NCBI GenBank assembly: GCA_041690135.1
Contig: JAWLHY010000003.1
Span: forward strand, 192,001-256,000
DNA: 64,000 bases
Source of the DNA: Armatimonadota bacterium
GTDB lineage: Bacteria; Armatimonadota; SYMT01
Direction: 5' to 3'
The position numbers and the translations under genes were made by a program. The notes under the pieces were generated by a model. The model did no database searches and was not told where the DNA came from. It saw nothing but the letters and a program-made list of their open reading frames with translations. Shown here piece by piece: positions 57,820 through 64,000 of this stretch (its first letter is position 1; each line of letters begins with the position of its first letter).

Positions 57820-58766
57820 GCGGAGGCCCTCCCGCCCATGCGCCAGGTGAGGGCCGTCAGGGCGAACACCAGCAGGAACAGCGTGACGGCGATGGCCGCC
57901 GCGTAGCCCATGTGGAACCAGCGAAAACCCTGCTGGAAGATGTAGTAGCTCACCGTGGTGGTCGCCCCGTCCGGCCCGCCACGGGTCATGATGTAGGCCG
58001 AGTCGAAGCCGCCCTGGAAGCCGTGGATGAGGGACATCACCCCGATGAAGAAGGTGGTGGGCCCTAACACCGGCCAGGTCACGTGGCGAAACCGGGCCCA
58101 GGGTCCGGCGCCGTCCAGGGCCGCCGCCTCCAGCAGCTCCCGCGGCACGTCCTGCAGTGCGGCCAGGTACAGCACCATGTTCGTGCCGCCCGCCGCCGCC
58201 CACAGCGTCATCAGCATGATCCCCGGCTTCGACCACTCGTAGCTCTTCAGCCAGCCGGGACCCACAATCCCGATGCGGGCCAGCGCCCAGTTGATCAGTC
58301 CCGCGTCCGGGTTCAGCAGCCACTGCCAGAGGACGTAGATCCCTACCCCCACACAGAGCGACGGGAGGAAGTAGAGGGTCCGGAAGAAGACCTGCGACCG
58401 CCCGCCCCGGTGCAGCAGCAGCGCCAGCCCCAGGGAAGCGGCGACGTTGACGGGGATCCCCAGCATGAGGAACAGGGTGTTGCCCGTGAAGCGCCAGAAC
58501 CGGGGATCGTTCGGCGCCCAGCGGTCCTCACCCGGCACCGGATGGAAACCGAGCAGGTCGACGAAATTGCGCAGCCCGACGAATTTCGGTGGGGTGAAGA
58601 GATTCCACTCGTAGAGGCTCAGGAGCAGGGTCGCCCCGACCGGCAGCAGTGTGAACAGGAGGAAGCCCGCCAGGTTCGGCGCCAGGAACAGGGCGGCGGC
58701 GCCGGCCTCTCCCGTGGGCCGCAGTCCGCGCCGCTTCTTCGGTTTCATGGGGACGGAGGGGTTCAT
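57816..58766 (-). CDS. Carbohydrate ABC transporter permease (MalF-like)
   Basis: FVGLRNF, LEAAALDGA, MTRGGP, MGYAAA. Confidence 0.93.
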   Translation of the reverse strand: MNPSVPMKPKKRRGLRPTGEAGAAALFLAPNLAGFLLFTLLPVGATLLLSLYEWNLFTPPKFVGLRNFVDLLGFHPVPGEDRWAPNDPRFWRFTGNTLFLMLGIPVNVAASLGLALLLHRGGRSQVFFRTLYFLPSLCVGVGIYVLWQWLLNPDAGLINWALARIGIVGPGWLKSYEWSKPGIMLMTLWAAAGGTNMVLYLAALQDVPRELLEAAALDGAGPWARFRHVTWPVLGPTTFFIGVMSLIHGFQGGFDSAYIMTRGGPDGATTTVSYYIFQQGFRWFHMGYAAAIAVTLFLLVFALTALTWRMGGRASA

Positions 58767-58777
58767 TTCGAGGATCG

Positions 58778-60034
58778 TCAGTTCCGGCGGGAGAGCACTT
58801 CGCGGATGGAAACGGCCGCCTGTCGCATGGCGACTTCCGGCGTGGCCCGGCGGGAGAGCACGCGGTCGAAGGCGCTGCCGTAGAGGGAGCGGATCTCCGA
58901 GAGGTTCGCTACCCGCGCGTCGGCGCGAAGCCGCCCGGCCCCGCGCCGCAGCACGCGCAGGTCCGGCCGGCCCCGACCGTATTCCTCCACCATCCGGTCC
59001 ATCAGGCGACGGTTCACCGGCACCACGTGGTCCGCCAGCGGCCAGAGCGCATCGGAAGTCAGCAGATGACGCATCAGCTTCCAGGCGAGATCCGGGTGGC
59101 GCGTGGCTCGGGAGATGCAAAAGCCCTGGCTCGAACCCCAGTGCGCCCGGTGCGGCGCTGCGGGGGGAGGGGCGATGTTCCAGCGCATTCCCGCCAGGCG
59201 CTTCCGCAGGTCCGGCATCAGCCAGGTGTGGCCGTAGAACATCGCCGTCTTGCCGCCCTGGAAGGCGACCATCGCCTCCTGCTCGTCCAGGTCGGAGAAG
59301 AGGACCGCGGGGGAGACCCGCCAGCGGTGGATCAGGTCGAGGCTGAACTGCAGGTAGCGCCGCATCTCCGGGCTATCGACGGCCGGCGTCGTGCCGTCCG
59401 GCGTGAGGAGCGCGGCGCCGAACGGTTCAAAGCTGAGGCCACCGCGGTAGCCCCACTGCTCCGGCCGCCCGTCGCCGTTCCGGTCGAGGGTCAGGGCGCG
59501 GGCCTTCTCCACCAGGTCCTCGGTGGTCCAGCCCTCCGCGGGGTAGGAGACGCCCGCCGCGTCGAACAGGGCCTCGTTGTAGACCACGAAATCCATGTCC
59601 ACGCCGAACGGGAAGCCGTACAGCCGGCCCCCGAAACGGTACCAGTCCACTACCTCGCGGAGGAAGCGGTCCGGGGCCAGCGCCGGCTCGGCCCGGACCC
59701 GTTCGTCCAGGTCCAGGAACACGCCCCGCTGGGCGAACTCCCCGAAGCCCATTCCCATCCAGAGGACGTCGGGCGCGTCTCCCGCGGCCATCAGCACCAG
59801 CAGCTTGCCGTAGTAATCGTCCCCCGTAATGGGCAGCGGCCGCACCCGCACGCCGGGGGTCGCGGCCTCGAATTTTGCCAGCGCCTCGCCGTAAATCCGG
59901 CCCCGCGCGGCGGAGGCGGGGAAGGCGAAGACCAGCTCGGGAGGACCGGTGTCCCGGCGGCGCGTACAGCCCGCCAGGCCGCACCATGCCGGCGCCGATA
60001 ACAGCAGGGCTCGCCGGTCCATCCGGGTCCTCAC
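58778..60034 (-). CDS. Sugar ABC transporter substrate-binding lipoprotein (family 1)
   Basis: DRRALL plus LAG|C; AAGDAPDV, YNEALFDAAGV.YP, FQGGKTAM. Confidence 0.9.
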   Translation of the reverse strand: MRTRMDRRALLLSAPAWCGLAGCTRRRDTGPPELVFAFPASAARGRIYGEALAKFEAATPGVRVRPLPITGDDYYGKLLVLMAAGDAPDVLWMGMGFGEFAQRGVFLDLDERVRAEPALAPDRFLREVVDWYRFGGRLYGFPFGVDMDFVVYNEALFDAAGVSYPAEGWTTEDLVEKARALTLDRNGDGRPEQWGYRGGLSFEPFGAALLTPDGTTPAVDSPEMRRYLQFSLDLIHRWRVSPAVLFSDLDEQEAMVAFQGGKTAMFYGHTWLMPDLRKRLAGMRWNIAPPPAAPHRAHWGSSQGFCISRATRHPDLAWKLMRHLLTSDALWPLADHVVPVNRRLMDRMVEEYGRGRPDLRVLRRGAGRLRADARVANLSEIRSLYGSAFDRVLSRRATPEVAMRQAAVSIREVLSRRN

Positions 60035-61320
60035 CGCGTCCCGAGGCGGATGAGATACGGCTCGCTCGCTTTATAGCCGCCCGTGTGCCGGAGCATCGGG
60101 AGCATCAGGTCCCCCGTTTCCCGGTCCTCCCACACCGCCGTGTGGGTGCAAAGCTCCACCCCTTCTGTGTCCTCCGGCCGGCGCTCGTCGATGGTGAGCA
60201 CGCTCTCCCGGATCAGCATCAGGCTCCGGGGATCGACTTCCCCCACCACCAGCGGGGAGCGGGGGTCGTTGGCGCGCGGGTTCGTGGGGCTGATGTTGCC
60301 GATCCAATAATACCGGCCGTTGGAATGGCGCAGGAGCTGCGACATGCTGCTGGGGGAATGGAACGGCGTGCCGTCGGTGTACTTCCAGGGCTCGGGCTTC
60401 GACCAGCGGTAGCCCCCATCCCGCGACACGGAGTACCACTTGTAACCCGGAAGCCGGTACTCGGGGTCCTTCGAGCCGCCGTTGCTGCCGCGCATCACCA
60501 TCAACAGCCGACCGTCGGGCAGTTCGGTGATCGTCGGCTCGATCATCCCGCGGGAAGTGCGCGCCGGGTCGCCCTGGACCCGCTCCGAAACTTCCCACTC
60601 CAGGCGGTTGCCCGGCTTCCAGGTGCCGATCAGCACCACGACATCGGTGTAGGTGAACCCGCCGCCCGGCGAGGAGAGTTCTCCGTCCGGCCCGAGGGTG
60701 CAGACCTGGGCCGGCACGAGGATCTTTCCCCCGCGGGTCCGCAGCAGCAGGGAGCCCGCATCCCCCATGAAGATTCCGTTCTTGCCCGTCCAGACCCCCT
60801 CGAAGGGATGCTTCTCTGTGTAGTCACCCTTCTGCACGATCGGCTCGTCGAAGAGGTAGGTTCGGCCGCCGTCCGTGGAGACCCGGTAGCGAAGGTAGTA
60901 GGTCTTCAAGGCGATTGACGGCTCGATGAGCTTTGGGTCGAGCCCCGGCGTGTCCATGGAGTTCAGGACCATCACCACGCGGCCGTTGCTCGGGTCGACA
61001 AAGAGAGGGTGGGGCTCGCGGCGGTAGCCAGCGGGGAGCTTCCCGTCGAAGTCCGGCTGGGGAACGAAAGCCCGCCAGGTCCGGCCGTTATCCGGGGAGT
61101 AGCCGCCCGCCGCCAGGAGCTCCGTGCCCTTCCGCTTCAGGTAGACGCCGTTGGCCAGGGGCGATGCGGAAGCCAGCTTCTGACGCAGTTTGAGGGTGAG
61201 CTTGCCGGGCTTGCGTGCCGCCTTTCCGGGTGCGGACCCGGCGAGGGCGGTGTTCCCCGTGCTTCCCATTACGGTGAACAGGGCGGTTCCCAAAAGAACG
61301 ATCCATCCGCGGCGTTGCAT
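60031..61320 (-). CDS. BNR/Asp-box sialidase-like protein
   Basis: Asp boxes SPDNGRTW, STDGGRTY, SRDGGYRW; EPT..ELPDGRLLMVMR; signal peptide. Confidence 0.85.
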   Translation of the reverse strand: MQRRGWIVLLGTALFTVMGSTGNTALAGSAPGKAARKPGKLTLKLRQKLASASPLANGVYLKRKGTELLAAGGYSPDNGRTWRAFVPQPDFDGKLPAGYRREPHPLFVDPSNGRVVMVLNSMDTPGLDPKLIEPSIALKTYYLRYRVSTDGGRTYLFDEPIVQKGDYTEKHPFEGVWTGKNGIFMGDAGSLLLRTRGGKILVPAQVCTLGPDGELSSPGGGFTYTDVVVLIGTWKPGNRLEWEVSERVQGDPARTSRGMIEPTITELPDGRLLMVMRGSNGGSKDPEYRLPGYKWYSVSRDGGYRWSKPEPWKYTDGTPFHSPSSMSQLLRHSNGRYYWIGNISPTNPRANDPRSPLVVGEVDPRSLMLIRESVLTIDERRPEDTEGVELCTHTAVWEDRETGDLMLPMLRHTGGYKASEPYLIRLGTR

Positions 61321-61326
61321 CCGATC

Positions 61327-62328
61327 TTACTCCTTCTCTCCCGGCGCCGTGGCTTCCGGCAGATAGCGGCGCGGGAACTTGACGACCACCGTGTAGCGCG
61401 GCGAGACGATGTTGCAAAGGCGGGTCCGTCCCACCTGGCCGAGCACGTGGAAGGCGTCCCAGCGGTCGTAGCCGTGCTCATCCTCGAGCCAGAGCACCAT
61501 GCTCGCGTGCGCGACCCGGACGATGTCGTGGAGCGAGCGGCCGCTGGCGACGGTCATGATCCACTCCGCGTCGATCAGGCGGGGCCAGGTGAGGGGATGC
61601 GCCTTGAGCAGGTCCACCCGGAAGCGGACGCGGGCCGTCGTTTCGAGGGCGCCCCCGAGTACCTCGCCATCGGACTGGGCGGCATGGGCATCGCCGAACA
61701 TCAGCAATCCGCCGGGCACGAACACCGGCAGGTGCATGGTGACGCCGGTGCGGACCTCGGGGCAGTCCAGGTTGCCGCCATGGTTGCCCGCGTCCACGGT
61801 GTGGATCGCCTCGCCCCAGCGCGGCGCCACGCCCACGCACCCCAGGAACGGGTGCGTGGGGATCTCCACCCGGCCGATCCGACTCCCCGGCAGCTCGATC
61901 CGGGCTGTGTCGCGTTCCGGCCCCGCCAGCTCCCAGTGGTAGGCGCGCCCGGAGATCGGCGGCTTGAGACCGGTGGGCCCGACGAACATCATGTCGTCAC
62001 CGAGGAGGCCCAGGTGGCCGTTCACCGCGCCGAAGGCGGTCGGCCGGTTCAGCGCGATCTCCTCGAAGTGGACCACGAGCGTATCCCCCGGCTCCGCGCC
62101 CTCCACGTGGAACGGACCCGTCACGCCGTTGTACTCCAGCAGGCTCTCTCCCGGCTGCCGGCGCTCCCGGGGGATCGTTTCGCCGTCCGGATCGCCGTTG
62201 TCGGAGTCGACGGTCCAGGTTTCCACACGGTCTCCCGGCCGCAGTCGGAGTGCCGGCGGGTGGGCCGCGTAGGTGTAGTAGAACCGCTCCGGCTCGAACC
62301 GGATCACACTCGCCGGCTGCACGCTCAT
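61327..62328 (-). CDS. Acetamidase/formamidase family protein
   Basis: TGPFHVEGAEPGD, PFLGCVGVAP, GGNLD, GDAHAAQSDGE; ATGA coupling. Confidence 0.9.
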   Translation of the reverse strand: MSVQPASVIRFEPERFYYTYAAHPPALRLRPGDRVETWTVDSDNGDPDGETIPRERRQPGESLLEYNGVTGPFHVEGAEPGDTLVVHFEEIALNRPTAFGAVNGHLGLLGDDMMFVGPTGLKPPISGRAYHWELAGPERDTARIELPGSRIGRVEIPTHPFLGCVGVAPRWGEAIHTVDAGNHGGNLDCPEVRTGVTMHLPVFVPGGLLMFGDAHAAQSDGEVLGGALETTARVRFRVDLLKAHPLTWPRLIDAEWIMTVASGRSLHDIVRVAHASMVLWLEDEHGYDRWDAFHVLGQVGRTRLCNIVSPRYTVVVKFPRRYLPEATAPGEKE

Positions 62329-64000
62329 ACCCATTCCACCTCCACGCTCCGGACGCGGGGAGTGTTGCCGCCGTTCACCGCGCCCAACGCCAGCCGGTAC
62401 TGGACCCAGGGGCCACCACTCACCGGCTCCGGCAGTTCTTCCGGACGCTCGAACCAGGACGCCGCACCGGACGGCCCGAACCACGGCGCTGATGCCAACC
62501 CCTCCCGCGAGGATGCCAGGCGGACCTGTCCCCGCACCCAGGTTTTCGGCTGGAGGTCCGCTTCCCAGCGGAGGGCACGGACGGCGGTACCCGGGGGCAG
62601 TTCATAGGGATCGGAGGTGTAGAACTCTTCGGGGCCCCGGTCCATGAGGTTGCCCGGGTCGACCGCCAGCATGCCGTGCGGGCCGAACGTCGGCAGCCAG
62701 GTGATCCCGCCCGGCGAGAACCCTTCGGGGCCGTTCCACCATACCTGGGAGTGCCCCGAGTGGTTGCCGTAGGTCTTGTGGTTGGCCACGGCCAGGTCGA
62801 TCCAGCCGTCCTCGTTGAAGTCGGCGGCCAGGATGCCGCAGGAGGAGTGGGTGAAGAAGCGACTCACCCGCTGCTCGGAGAAATGTCCGCCGGGGGCTCC
62901 CCAATAGAGGAAGGCGTCCAGGTCGCGGTACCGGCCGCTGTTGTAGGAGGTGGCGAAGAGGTCCAGCACCCCGTCGTTGTTGAAGTCGGCGATCGACACG
63001 GAGTTCGCGGTGTGGGCGGGAAGCTGGGTACGCCGTTCTTCCCGGTATCCTTCCGGACCGCCCCAGTAGATGTAGAGCGAGGACTCGCACCGCCAGCTCT
63101 TACTGAGGCTCTGGTGCCCGCCGAGCACGAGATCGAGGTAGCCGTCGCCGTCCAGGTCGGCCGCCTGCGCGCAGATCACTCCTTCCGCGGCGAGCCAGGT
63201 GGCGCGCTCCAGGCTGAACCCCTCCGGCCCGCCCCACAGGATCAGGCACCGGGGTCCGCAGCACTGGGAGACGAACAGGTCCAGCCAGCCGTCCCCGTTG
63301 AAGTCCGCCGCCAGGAGCCAGCGGGGCTCCGAGTAGGCGGCGCCGTCCGCCAGTGGGTCCCAGTTGATCCGGTCCGGCTCGGTCGCATCCGGGGCGCGTG
63401 GGTCAAGGGAGATCCGCTGGGGGTTATCGAGGTCGAGCCCGCCGGGGCCGCCGCGGAAGATCAGCAGGACCGGGTTGGCGAACCCGACCACCGCCAGGTC
63501 GAGGTAGCCGCAGCGGCGGAAGTCGCCCGTGGCGCAGCCATGTGCGCGGCGGGTCGGGAGGATCTGCTTCCGCTCCGGCGCGAACCCCTCCGGGCCACCC
63601 CAGTAAAGGAAGGAGCCGGGGTCCAGGTGCGGCGCGTCCTCGGCGCAGTTGCAGATCAGGATGTCGGCCCAGCCGTCGTCGTCGAAGTCGGCGGCCAGCG
63701 CGGCGGGCGCGGACCACCCCGGCAGCTCCGCGCGTCGCTCCGGCTGGAACCCGTCCGGCCCGCCATAATAGACGAACGCCGGGATATCGCCCCGCACCCG
63801 GCCGCCACAGTGATTGATCCACAGCACCTGCGGCTCCGGCTCGTCGCAGGTCCGCCCCACCAGGGCCGTCGTGGCGTCGTGGGTGGGAAAGAGCACCGGC
63901 TCCGGAAGGAGACCCCCGGGGCTCCCCCGGTAGACCCGGGATTCGGTGCTGTGGAGGATGTCCGTCCGTCCCTGCGCCACGATCACCTCGGCGCAGCCGT
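62325..64000 (-). CDS. FG-GAP/VCBS repeat protein, C-terminal part (runs off the right edge)
   Basis: Repeats ADF(N/D)xDG(W/Y)xD(L/I) with YWGGPEG; frame open to the window edge. Confidence 0.85.
   Translation of the reverse strand, partial: GCAEVIVAQGRTDILHSTESRVYRGSPGGLLPEPVLFPTHDATTALVGRTCDEPEPQVLWINHCGGRVRGDIPAFVYYGGPDGFQPERRAELPGWSAPAALAADFDDDGWADILICNCAEDAPHLDPGSFLYWGGPEGFAPERKQILPTRRAHGCATGDFRRCGYLDLAVVGFANPVLLIFRGGPGGLDLDNPQRISLDPRAPDATEPDRINWDPLADGAAYSEPRWLLAADFNGDGWLDLFVSQCCGPRCLILWGGPEGFSLERATWLAAEGVICAQAADLDGDGYLDLVLGGHQSLSKSWRCESSLYIYWGGPEGYREERRTQLPAHTANSVSIADFNNDGVLDLFATSYNSGRYRDLDAFLYWGAPGGHFSEQRVSRFFTHSSCGILAADFNEDGWIDLAVANHKTYGNHSGHSQVWWNGPEGFSPGGITWLPTFGPHGMLAVDPGNLMDRGPEEFYTSDPYELPPGTAVRALRWEADLQPKTWVRGQVRLASSREGLASAPWFGPSGAASWFERPEELPEPVSGGPWVQYRLALGAVNGGNTPRVRSVEVEWV

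Overview
GC-rich bacterial chromosomal window, gene-dense and mostly metabolic or envelope-related. Four prepilin-type DUF1559/H-X9-DG genes with the 'FPVFA(R/Q)AR..AR...QDYDE' pattern suggest Armatimonadota (inference from family knowledge). Main contents: three paralogous LRV/HEAT-repeat genes; a DHDPS-like plus NAD-epimerase pair; a CE15-type esterase; a RES toxin with an antitoxin carrying an N-terminal atypical receiver domain; class I DAHP synthase; an NAD-dependent formate dehydrogenase operon (fdhD-fdsGBAD); lutABC; a putative metal-regulated pilin-like/DUF4198-DUF3386/beta-propeller cluster behind a DtxR/MntR-like palindrome; an MFS transporter; two M14-fold hydrolases; a HAD hydrolase; a hybrid kinase; SMI1/KNR4 and CpXC genes; a sulfatase; and a sugar ABC/sialidase-like/amidase/FG-GAP cluster. 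I also found, by hand, a collapsed AAA-ATPase/DUF4276-like pseudogene and several families of REP/REPIN-like intergenic repeats. No rRNA, tRNA, CRISPR array or transposase was seen. All domain calls are by eye, not from database searches.
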